Origin: Acidobacteriota bacterium
GTDB taxonomy: Bacteria; Acidobacteriota; Blastocatellia; Pyrinomonadales; Pyrinomonadaceae
Direction of reading: 5' to 3'
NCBI GenBank assembly: GCA_031425495.1
Contig: JANPJL010000128.1
Location: 4,184-68,183, forward strand
DNA: 64,000 nt
The position numbers and the translations under genes are program-made. The notes beneath the pieces are model-generated. The model was not told where the DNA came from and did not search any database. It saw nothing but the letters and a program-made list of their open reading frames with translations. The stretch's first letter is position 1, and each line of letters opens with the position of its first letter. Shown here piece by piece: positions 18,654 to 26,607 of the stretch.

Positions 18654-18956
18654 CTAATTTTGCTCGACGAAACGATTAAATACCGCCTCGTAGTACATGG
18701 ATCCGGCGTCCTTTCTTACGGGTACGAGAAAGATCAGGACGTCTCCGAGCTTTTCATGCTTCATCTCGTAGGTCATTTGCTGAAGGGATGGTTGTAGTGG
18801 TCCGCGGAACAGAATCGAGAACTGCTCTTGTTTTGGTGTCGATCCGAGGTCGTTGCATTCGATCAATTCCAGCTCAACAGTCTCGGCATCGCTTACGCTC
18901 ACGAGGAAATGGGTGTTTAGGTTTTCGCGTAAAAGACTTTCCGAGATCTCGTGCAT
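18654..18956 (-). CDS. small cytoplasmic protein (100 aa), paralog of the 19564 gene product
   Basis: Start at MHEISESLL avoids overlap with the GNAT gene. The C-terminus ...LIFLVPVRKDAGSMYYEAVFNRFVEQN matches ...VLMAPVRESRKSSQLCYEAVINRMI of the neighbour. Confidence 0.6.
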   Translation of the reverse strand: MHEISESLLRENLNTHFLVSVSDAETVELELIECNDLGSTPKQEQFSILFRGPLQPSLQQMTYEMKHEKLGDVLIFLVPVRKDAGSMYYEAVFNRFVEQN

Positions 18957-18993
18957 ATCTGGATCTAATCTTAGCCTCACCCGCCGAACCGGT

Positions 18994-19461
18994 CTAGCGA
19001 GCGTCGCACTCCAGCAGAAAATATCCGCCGTGTTCTTCAATTGTGGTGAAGCCGAGACGCGAGTAAAGCTCCTTGGCAGGATTAAGGGTAGCGACATGCA
19101 AGCGAACGGGTTTGCCTGCTTGGCTCGCCGATTCGAGCAACTGTCGGATCACGATTGTTCCGATTCCTTTTCCTTGAGATACCGGCATGATCGCGATATC
19201 GATAAGGCGAAACTCTTCCGCTAATTCTGCGACAAGCAACCTGCCGATCACCTCGTCATCAAGCAAAATGACCGAATCTCGAGCTGCTGGAAACTGTGCT
19301 TTGTAACTCTGCTGCCTCGCGTTGTACTGCATTCGAAGAAACGCGTCTACCTGCTCTGCGCTCCAACCCCAACCCGCCATCTCGTCCCTTCGCGTCTCGC
19401 GATAGAGCTCGAACAAAAAGTCGGTATCGGATCCAGCCAAATCATGCAGAACGACATTCAT
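18994..19461 (-). CDS. GNAT family N-acetyltransferase
   Basis: LIDIAIMPVSQGKGIGTIVIRQLL...ELYSRLGF is an acetyl-CoA binding motif. The start at MNVVLHDL (19461) is preferred over the 19560 extension. Confidence 0.75.
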   Translation of the reverse strand: MNVVLHDLAGSDTDFLFELYRETRRDEMAGWGWSAEQVDAFLRMQYNARQQSYKAQFPAARDSVILLDDEVIGRLLVAELAEEFRLIDIAIMPVSQGKGIGTIVIRQLLESASQAGKPVRLHVATLNPAKELYSRLGFTTIEEHGGYFLLECDAR

Positions 19462-19563
19462 AACAAGAAAATGTTGCAACCATCGGGAATCAAAGCTAAA
19501 CTTACGACGACTTTTCGGTTCGCCTGTCAAAATCATTGTAACGACAATCGAGGTACTCAAAAA

Positions 19564-20013
19564 ATGAAGATCACAAGACGGAAGTTCTTGAAATCCGGCT
19601 CGTCTGCCGCCGCCCTTGGCACCGGTGCCATTCTTTTCCCACAGATCGCTTCAGGACAGCTTGCCGTAAAAGGCTCTCGCAGTCTCGGTTGGGATTCTTT
19701 CAATGCAATCTCTAGTTTTAGCAAAGCCGATTTCGAGGCTCAGGTCGGTACCGAGTTCAATCTGCTATCGCCGGCACACGGCAATCGCGCCGTTACACTG
19801 GTCGGTGTTGCCGGATCTTCGGCAGGAAAAGAAGAAGTCACCGAGAGCTACTCGCTGGTGTTTAAAGGAACTGAATGGCAGGACGTGAATCAGGACCTTT
19901 ACCTTGTCACTCATCCGACTCTCGGCGATTTCAATGTACTAATGGCTCCAGTCCGCGAAAGCAGGAAAAGCTCTCAGTTATGCTATGAAGCGGTCATCAA
20001 CCGCATGATCTGA
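19564..20013 (+). CDS. Tat-signal small secreted protein, paralog of the 18654 gene product
   Basis: MKITRRKFLKSGSSAAALGTGAIL is a twin-arginine signal. The mature part aligns with the 100-aa neighbour (F.L....VEL.L......F.L.F.G....Y....LG.F.....PV......YEAV.NR). Confidence 0.65.
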   Translation: MKITRRKFLKSGSSAAALGTGAILFPQIASGQLAVKGSRSLGWDSFNAISSFSKADFEAQVGTEFNLLSPAHGNRAVTLVGVAGSSAGKEEVTESYSLVFKGTEWQDVNQDLYLVTHPTLGDFNVLMAPVRESRKSSQLCYEAVINRMI

Positions 20014-20128
20014 GTTTTCACTCCGCGCAAGAAACACTTACCTTTCCAATAACATCGCTTGTTTCTCGTTTTCGTCTTGGTTAAAATGCAGGCTATAGAC
20101 TGAGTTACGGACGGGGAACGAGATCATA

Positions 20129-21265
20129 ATGAGTACAGCAACAGAAAGTACGGCGGCAGCGGGACTTCGCGGGGTCGTTGCGGCACAGAGCGCGATCGGC
20201 GACGTTAACGGCGAAGAAGGGAAGTTAATTTACCAGGGTTACGATATTCACGATCTGGCGGAAAACTCGACCTTTGAAGAGGTCGTTTTTTTGCTTTGGA
20301 ACGGCCGTCTGCCTAATAAGGAGGAGCTCGATGAGCTGACCTCGCAGATTCGTGCGAACTACAAAGTGCCGGCCGAGATCATCGCCGGAATGAAGTATAT
20401 GCCGAAGGACGCCGATCCCATGGATGTCCTCCGCACTTGTGTTTCCGCTCTGGATTTCTACGACAAGGACGGGCACGGCACCGATCCCGAGAATGCGAAG
20501 AACTCGGCGATCAAGATCACCGGTCAGATCGGCACTATCGCGGCTGCGTGGGACAGAATTCGTAATGGCAAGGACCCGGTCACACCCGATGCTAACCTGT
20601 GCATCGCAGAAAATTTCCTCTACATGCTTCGCGGCGAGAAAGCGGATTCAGACGAGGCCCGGATGTTCGATATCGCGCTTATCCTTCACGCCGATCACGA
20701 ACTAAATGCATCGACGTTCACCACGCGTGTTGTCGCCGGAACGCTAGCTGACATGTATGGCGCGGTCACCGCCGGGATTGCCGCACTGGCAGGTCCGCTT
20801 CACGGCGGAGCAAACACCGCGGTGATGAAGATGTTGATCGAGATCGACGATCCGGCGAAGATCGACGCGTGGGTAGACGATGCACTCGCGAGCAAGAAAA
20901 AGATCATGGGTATCGGGCACGCGGTCTACAAGACGGAAGACCCACGGGCGACCTGGCTCAGGAAATTCTCGAAGCAGATGGCCGACAAGAAGGGCGAGGC
21001 GAAATGGTTCGACATGTCGCAGCGTATCGAGAAACTTATGCTCGAGAAGAAGGGAATGTTTCCGAACGTCGACTTCTATTCCGCGTCGACGTATTACCTG
21101 ATGGGAATCCCGCTGGACCTATACACCCCGATTTTCGCCGTGAGCCGCATTTCAGGCTGGACGGGTCACATTCTCGAACAGTACGCGAACAACAAGCTGA
21201 TTCGGCCGCGAGCCGAATACATCGGCGAGCGCGATCAGAAGTATGTCGCGATAGGCGAACGGTAA
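20129..21265 (+). CDS. gltA: citrate synthase (short, ~378 aa type)
   Basis: GLRGVVAAQSAIG...GKLIYQGYDIHDL; LILHADHELNASTF; GPLHGGAN; GIGHAVYKTEDPR. Confidence 0.9.
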   Translation: MSTATESTAAAGLRGVVAAQSAIGDVNGEEGKLIYQGYDIHDLAENSTFEEVVFLLWNGRLPNKEELDELTSQIRANYKVPAEIIAGMKYMPKDADPMDVLRTCVSALDFYDKDGHGTDPENAKNSAIKITGQIGTIAAAWDRIRNGKDPVTPDANLCIAENFLYMLRGEKADSDEARMFDIALILHADHELNASTFTTRVVAGTLADMYGAVTAGIAALAGPLHGGANTAVMKMLIEIDDPAKIDAWVDDALASKKKIMGIGHAVYKTEDPRATWLRKFSKQMADKKGEAKWFDMSQRIEKLMLEKKGMFPNVDFYSASTYYLMGIPLDLYTPIFAVSRISGWTGHILEQYANNKLIRPRAEYIGERDQKYVAIGER

Positions 21266-21313
21266 GTGGTAAGTGGTAAGCGGTAAGTGGTAAGTGGTGA
21301 GTGGTAAGTGTAA
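21261..21313. repeat. 7-nt tandem array GGTAAGT (~7 units)
   Basis: Read directly. The gltA TAA stop (21263-21265) is inside the first unit. Confidence 0.9.
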
Positions 21314-21314
21314 G

Positions 21315-21343
21315 AAGGCTTCGGGTGACCGAGGCCTTTTTCC
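21315..21343 (+). terminator. intrinsic terminator of gltA
   Basis: AAGGCTTCGG-GTGA-CCGAGGCCTT followed by TTTTT. Confidence 0.75.
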
Positions 21344-21480
21344 GTTTCCGACCCGTTATCCTTGTTTCGGGCACACAGCAACTATTACGTGGCTCGGCTA
21401 TTGCTTGATAACAGACGTAACTTCAGCGCGCCAATTTCGTACGGAATTCGGGCACTGTATCACGACAGGGGACAAATATC

Positions 21481-22614
21481 ATGAGAATTTTCAAATTATC
21501 GACGGCGATCTTTTTAATCAGCCTATTTTTAATGGCATGTAATTCGGATGAGCAGCGTGGTGAGATTACGACGGCCGACCCTTACCCGAGAGAACCGGCG
21601 TTAGTCGAGCAGCAGCCGATAGATGACTATTGGGCGAAAGACAATCTTGATCTTGAGCGCGTAGGCAACTTACTTGAACGATCCGAGGATCCTGAAGAAT
21701 TCGAGAGATATCTAAACGACGACGACGGCATCAACAACCTCGACCTTAACGGCGACGGTTATGGCGACTATATCAGCGTGGAGGAATTTGGGGACAACGA
21801 TTCCAACTCGCGCGGGCTTTCGCTATTCTCGCGTTTTGGTCCGAATCTTATTCAGCAGATCGCGACTATTCTTTTACATCGGGATAGTCCGAATTATCCG
21901 GGTGCGCGTTTTCTGATCAACGGAAACGAGCAGCTTTACGGCGATAACAATTACTACGAGACGAACTGGCTAGACCGCAGCATTCCCCTCGTTTCAACGT
22001 TGTTCGGTAATCACACCCGATACAGCTCGCCCTACTACTACGACAATTATCCGAACGGCTACAATTCCTATCAGGTGGTTGATACGCCGGTCTATCGCAC
22101 GCGAATTGAGCAGCTCTATCCGCAGCCAGTATTCGTCTACACGACGAACCCGACATTTATCGACAAGGTAAAGATCAAGTCGCCGCACGAGGGCAAATGG
22201 ATAAATAACGTTTACGCTAAGCTCGCGAAACCGACGAAAGAGCAAGCTGAATTCCTGAAGAGCAATCCAGGACGCAAAAATCTTGCTATCGGCGACAAAC
22301 CGGGCCGCGTCGATCCGCCGCGGAGTGATCGAGGCGACGAGCGCGGTAATCCTGCGAGAGATGAACGTGGAGCGCAGCGCGGCAATCCGGATAAGCCTGT
22401 CGGCAATCCAAAAGACAATGGTCCCGGCGGAAAGCCGGAGAAGTTCGACAACCCGAACAAAGGCGGTGGCAATCCGAACAAAGGCGGTGATAAGCCGAAG
22501 ATGAGTGGCGGTAACCCTAACAAGGGCGGTGGCAATCCGAACTCGATGGGTGGTGGGAATCCGAACAAGGGCGGTGGTAACCCGAACAAGGGCGGTGGTA
22601 AAGGCAAACCCTAA
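21481..22614 (+). CDS. lipoprotein with acidic Ca-binding-like loop and basic GGNPNKGG-repeat tail
   Basis: Lipobox FLMAC. DDDDGINNLDLNGDGYGDYISVEEF is EF-hand/dockerin-like. The C-terminal ~100 aa are repeats of GGNPNKGG / GNP.K. Confidence 0.65.
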   Translation: MRIFKLSTAIFLISLFLMACNSDEQRGEITTADPYPREPALVEQQPIDDYWAKDNLDLERVGNLLERSEDPEEFERYLNDDDGINNLDLNGDGYGDYISVEEFGDNDSNSRGLSLFSRFGPNLIQQIATILLHRDSPNYPGARFLINGNEQLYGDNNYYETNWLDRSIPLVSTLFGNHTRYSSPYYYDNYPNGYNSYQVVDTPVYRTRIEQLYPQPVFVYTTNPTFIDKVKIKSPHEGKWINNVYAKLAKPTKEQAEFLKSNPGRKNLAIGDKPGRVDPPRSDRGDERGNPARDERGAQRGNPDKPVGNPKDNGPGGKPEKFDNPNKGGGNPNKGGDKPKMSGGNPNKGGGNPNSMGGGNPNKGGGNPNKGGGKGKP

Positions 22615-22699
22615 CTGACGATACTTTAGAAAACAAAGTACCCCGCTAGCTCAGGCTGGCGGGGTGCATTTCTTGACACAGAACTTTGACCATCACAAA

Positions 22700-23032
22700 A
22701 TGACGAGCGATACCGACGTAGTAAATCTTTCGACGGTGCTGGAATACCAGGAGCGATCCGTCGTGAGTCGGGTTCTGCTGAAAAATAGCGGTGGCGGCAT
22801 CACGCTCTTCGCTTTTGATAAAGGCGAAAGTCTAAGCGAACACAAAACTGCGTTCGATGCATTCGTCACCGTCATCGAAGGCACGACCTTAATTGGCATC
22901 GACGGCCGGGAACACACTCTTAGCGAGGGTGATTCAATCGTGCTTCCTGCAAACATCCCGCACGCGGTCGACGCCGTGACAAAGTTCAAGATGCTTCTCG
23001 TCATGCTGAAAGCCCCAAACGCGGTGGGCTGA
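22700..23032 (+). CDS. cupin domain protein
   Basis: ...FDKGESLSEHKTAFDAFVTVIEGT...GDSIVLPANIPHAV is a two-motif cupin pattern. The start at MTSDTD is assumed. Confidence 0.7.
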   Translation: MTSDTDVVNLSTVLEYQERSVVSRVLLKNSGGGITLFAFDKGESLSEHKTAFDAFVTVIEGTTLIGIDGREHTLSEGDSIVLPANIPHAVDAVTKFKMLLVMLKAPNAVG

Positions 23033-23155
23033 TTCTTGACCTAGCGGTACAATCGTCCCATCTAAACCCTCATACCAACCGGTCGGCCAGCGAAGGGCCG
23101 AGCGAACTGCAACATTGAAGCTGAGTGAAGCGTATCCCACTGACGATAGGATCAT

Positions 23156-23668
23156 ATGTTTTGTCCAAAATGCGGATCGCAGAATTCGGATGATACGAAA
23201 TATTGCCGCGGGTGTGGCTCAGACTTGAGTAACGTGCTGTCGGTCGTCGAGCAGTCGTCCAACTCGGGAGCGCTCGGCGAAAAGCACCTGGAGCATGTTA
23301 GTTTGAGCGTTCGAGCTCTGACGCTCGCTCTCGGGTTGTTTATCGTCGCGGTCGTTGCGTATGCTCTTTCGCCAAAGCTCGCTGTGCTCGTGGTCTTTGC
23401 TCTTGCTTTCTCTTTCGTTTTTCTAGCCGTAGGAATTTCGCGTATTGTGCAAGCCAGCGGGATGAAACGTATTCGAGATATGAAGGCCGCTGAGCCGGCC
23501 AAGGTGCTTTCACCCGGGCAGGCCGATTACATCAAGCCTCCGCGTTCGATCTATCAAACTGACGATCTCACCACCACGCACCGGGCAAGCGTTACCGAGC
23601 ATACGACGAAGCACCTTGAGATCGAGGATAAGACCGGGGACTTCGGTCATATAAGAGGTGAGGAGTAG
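23156..23668 (+). CDS. zinc-ribbon membrane protein (paralog A)
   Basis: MFCPKCGSQNSDDTKYCRGCGSDL, two predicted TM helices, and the C-terminal motif SVTEHTTKHLE. Confidence 0.7.
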   Translation: MFCPKCGSQNSDDTKYCRGCGSDLSNVLSVVEQSSNSGALGEKHLEHVSLSVRALTLALGLFIVAVVAYALSPKLAVLVVFALAFSFVFLAVGISRIVQASGMKRIRDMKAAEPAKVLSPGQADYIKPPRSIYQTDDLTTTHRASVTEHTTKHLEIEDKTGDFGHIRGEE

Positions 23669-23677
23669 AATCGCTGT

Positions 23678-23857
23678 ATGGATGATAAGTACAATGTAAG
23701 CAAGAGCCGAAAGCCGAAGACGCGACAGGAAGAGATCCAGTTTGAGATCGAGGAACTGGTAAAGCGTCGAGACAGCATCACCAATCTCGCCGAAAAAAAG
23801 ACGATCAACGCCGAGATCACAAAGCTGTTCGCGCAATACGAGAGACTTAAGATCTGA
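23678..23857 (+). CDS. possible 59-aa charged coiled-coil protein
   Basis: MDDKYNVSKSRKPKTRQEEIQFEIEELVKRRDSITNLAEKKTINAEITKLFAQYERLKI. It lies 10 nt after the preceding stop and has no homology that I can recognise. Confidence 0.35.
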   Translation: MDDKYNVSKSRKPKTRQEEIQFEIEELVKRRDSITNLAEKKTINAEITKLFAQYERLKI

Positions 23858-23859
23858 AG

Positions 23860-24050
23860 CAGTTGTCAGTGGTCGGTTGTCAGTTGTCAGTAAAGCGGAA
23901 TCGGGAAGCAGAAGGCGGAGGCGGAAGGCAGAAGGCAGAAGGCGGAAGGCGGAAGGCGGAAGGCGGAAGGCGGAAGGCAGAAGGCGGAAGGCGGAAGGCG
24001 GAAGGATGAAAGCCGACAACTGACAACTGACGACTGACAACCGACAACTA
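23860..24050. repeat. composite repeat: inverted GTTGTCA-unit arms enclosing a GGCGGAA 7-nt array (~15 units)
   Basis: The left arm at 23860-23890 (CAGTTGTCAGTGGTCGGTTGTCAGTTGTCAG) is near-complementary to 24012-24050. Between them lies GGCGGAA/GGCAGAA x ~15. Confidence 0.9.
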
Positions 24051-24055
24051 ACATT

Positions 24056-24583
24056 ATGTTTTGTCCTCATTGCGGTCAGGAACGAATTTCCGAGGCGACG
24101 AGCTTTTGCTCGCGGTGCGGTTACTTATTGACGGGAACTGCGGCATTGCTTCGGACCGGCGGGGTGCCTCCGCAAACGCCGACCGGCGGACCGCGTTCGC
24201 CACGTTCGCGGGGAGTGCGGATGGGAACATTCATGTTCCTACTGATGTTTGTCCTCGCGCCCATCGTGGGTTTGATCTCCGTATTTGGATTGCGTATCGA
24301 ACCGTGGCCGGTCGGTCTGGTTATAGCACTTTGCGGGTTTGGCGGATTGCTCCGAATAATCTACGCCCTGATGTTCGAATCGAAAATTTCGATAGCCGGG
24401 CCAAGCTCTGCTCGCGAAATCGATCCGGCGCTGGCCGGTTTTACTACTTCGGCGCTACCTCCGCAGCGAGAGATCCCTGCCCCCGAATACGTCTCCCCTC
24501 GTCCCGGCACATGGCGCGAGCCCGAAGTCCGCACACCCGCCACCGTTACCGACCACACAACGAAACTTCTCGATAAAGAATAA
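24056..24583 (+). CDS. zinc-ribbon membrane protein (paralog B)
   Basis: MFCPHCGQERISEATSFCSRCGYLL, two TM helices, and the C-terminal motif TVTDHTTKLLDKE. Confidence 0.7.
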   Translation: MFCPHCGQERISEATSFCSRCGYLLTGTAALLRTGGVPPQTPTGGPRSPRSRGVRMGTFMFLLMFVLAPIVGLISVFGLRIEPWPVGLVIALCGFGGLLRIIYALMFESKISIAGPSSAREIDPALAGFTTSALPPQREIPAPEYVSPRPGTWREPEVRTPATVTDHTTKLLDKE

Positions 24584-24654
24584 TCCCGAACCAGCGAGTG
24601 AATAGGATGTTCTTGGCATTCCCACCTGCGGCAGTGGGTGGCGACGACCTTGTC

Positions 24655-24790
24655 GGGTGGCGTGTGCCGTTTCTTGTTTCGTGTGTTTGGTGTTTCGTGG
24701 TTAGGTTTAGAAGCTTTGGCCACTGAGCAGACGATATAACAAACGAAAAAAATCCAACCGCGAAACACACTAGGCACACGAACAGACTTT
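24655..24790 (+). repeat. CACGAAA-type hairpin element (copy 3, with an insertion in the loop)
   Basis: The arm GTTTCGTGTGTTTGGTGTTTCGTGGTTAGGTTTAGAAG ... AACCGCGAAACACACTAGGCACACGAAC matches the arms and loop ends of copy 1. Confidence 0.75.
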
Positions 24791-24887
24791 GTAGATTTAC
24801 GGTCTTATAGCAAGCCACTTCGCGGCTTCCCGCAAAGTCGCTAAGTCGCGAAGAAGAAAACGCAAAGTCGTAGAAGGCCCAACGATT

Positions 24888-26261
24888 TCACTGACCGGCC
24901 GGGCGGGCGGCGGGTGGGGTCCAGCCAGGTTTTGCGAGCGTTTTGGTCCATCGGGTCCAATCGGCGGCCAGCTCTTTTAGTTTCTTTGGATTTGTCGATG
25001 CGAGATTTTTTGTTTCGCTGATGTCGTCTTTTAAATTGTATAGCTCGAGCTGTGTGTGATCGGTGATTACGAACGGCGGTTCGCGAAAGGCTTCGTCGGA
25101 CATTCTCAAGAGTTTCCAGTCGCCGTTGCGGATGCCCATGATGCCGCCGGTTCGCCAGTACAATGAGTCGTGTGGTCGACCTGAGCGTTTGCGGTTCAGA
25201 AATGGAAGAAGATCGACACCGTCGAAAGTCTTCGCATTGAATTTGATCCCGGCCGCGGCGAGAGCGGTCGGGAGAACATCGAGCTGGATGACCGGGTGTG
25301 TGTATGTCGTTGCCGGCCGTAGACGACCTTTCCATTTGACGATAAACGGAACACGCACTCCGCCTTCCCACGACGTTCGCTTCGAGCCGCGAAGCGGCGC
25401 ATTGTTTGATCCGTTTGTGCCGCCCGCGAACGTAGGCCCTCCGTTGTCGCTGAAGAAAAATACGATCGTGTTATCGTCGAGCGCGTCGAGCGTCCTGCCG
25501 ATCCCGTCGTCCATGGCCGACAGCATCGCCGCGTATGTCCGTCGCGTTTCGTCGCGGATATGCGCGAACCGCTTGAGATACTTGTCGGTCGCCTCCAACG
25601 GAGTGTGAACGGCGTTAAATGCGAGGTAAAGAAAGAACGGCTGCGTGCGTTTACGCTTCACGTATTCGACAGCACGATCTGCGAGAACGTCCGTCAGATA
25701 TGCGGGTTCGGCGACGGGTTTTCTGCCTTCGTACAGAGGGTTGCGATCGGTTATTTTCGGACTCATGTACGAGTGAGCTCCGTCGGTGAACCCGAAGAAT
25801 TCCTCGAAGCCACGCGACATCGGGTGAAAACGCGGGGCTGTTCCGAGATGCCATTTACCAAACACAGCCGTCGAGTAACCGGCCGCCTTGAGACGATCGG
25901 CGATCGTCGATTCCGTGAGCGGCAGCCCAACCTCGGAGTGAGCGTCGGCGACCGAACGCGGCAGGATGTTGTACTCATGACCAAAACGCTGCGGGTACTT
26001 TCCAGTCAACAAGCCGGCACGCGTTGGGCTGCAATACGGCCCACTGACATACGCATCGGTGAACCGAATGCCGTCCCGCGCAAACTTGTCGAGGTTTGGC
26101 GTCGGAATATCGGTGCTGCCGTACGGCCCGATGTCCGCGTAGCCAAGGTCGTCGGCGACGATGACGACAATGTTCGGCCGACCCGACTGAGCCCGGCAGT
26201 CGCCCGGTGAAATGCAGAATGCGAATACCGCGATCGCGGAGAGAAGTGCCAGGTAGTTCAT
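24888..26261 (-). CDS. secreted arylsulfatase-family sulfatase (formylglycine-dependent)
   Basis: Signal peptide. NIVVIVADDLGYADIG. The CSPTR formylglycine motif occurs in YCSPTRAGLLTGKYP. GKWHLG. Confidence 0.9.
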   Translation of the reverse strand: MNYLALLSAIAVFAFCISPGDCRAQSGRPNIVVIVADDLGYADIGPYGSTDIPTPNLDKFARDGIRFTDAYVSGPYCSPTRAGLLTGKYPQRFGHEYNILPRSVADAHSEVGLPLTESTIADRLKAAGYSTAVFGKWHLGTAPRFHPMSRGFEEFFGFTDGAHSYMSPKITDRNPLYEGRKPVAEPAYLTDVLADRAVEYVKRKRTQPFFLYLAFNAVHTPLEATDKYLKRFAHIRDETRRTYAAMLSAMDDGIGRTLDALDDNTIVFFFSDNGGPTFAGGTNGSNNAPLRGSKRTSWEGGVRVPFIVKWKGRLRPATTYTHPVIQLDVLPTALAAAGIKFNAKTFDGVDLLPFLNRKRSGRPHDSLYWRTGGIMGIRNGDWKLLRMSDEAFREPPFVITDHTQLELYNLKDDISETKNLASTNPKKLKELAADWTRWTKTLAKPGWTPPAARPAGQ

Positions 26262-26320
26262 GGATTATCCTCAATGTCGGAACGGGTCCACTATACACCA
26301 TTGGGGAAGGCTGGATGCGG

Positions 26321-26436
26321 ATGGCGGGAGGCGGAAGGCGGAAGGTGGAAGGCGGAAGGCGGAAGGCGGAAGGCGGAAGGCGGAAGGCGGAAGGTGGAAG
26401 GCGGAAGGCGGAAGGGGAAGTTGGGAGGCGGAAGGC
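26321..26436. repeat. 7-nt tandem array GGCGGAA (~16 units)
   Basis: Read directly. It uses the same unit and strand as the array at 23896-24006. It lies between the sulfatase start and the upstream gene's terminator. Confidence 0.95.
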
Positions 26437-26550
26437 AGGAGCCCGCGATCCAAACTATAAAATCTAAAACAAACTCTCTGGCGAGCAAGTGAAAGTAACG
26501 CGCGTTTTTCCCTGAATTGTGAACTCTGACTTCCGACTATTCTAATTGAC

Positions 26551-26583
26551 AAAAAAGGATCGAAGGCCAAGCCTCCGATCCTT
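26551..26583 (-). terminator. intrinsic terminator of the 640-aa gene
   Basis: The minus strand reads AGGATCGGAGGCTTGGCCTTCGATCCT followed by TTTTTT. Confidence 0.75.
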
Positions 26584-26607
26584 TAGATTCTCGACGGTCG
26601 ACTAAGT

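Noticed and set aside
26207-26570. ORFs translating as (RRKAEGG)n or (PPSAFRL)n across the GGCGGAA array. The same applies to ORFs across 23510-24070, 30981-31327 and 31430-31612.
   Set aside because: These are translations of tandem DNA repeats in all frames. They have no start context and no non-repeat domain.
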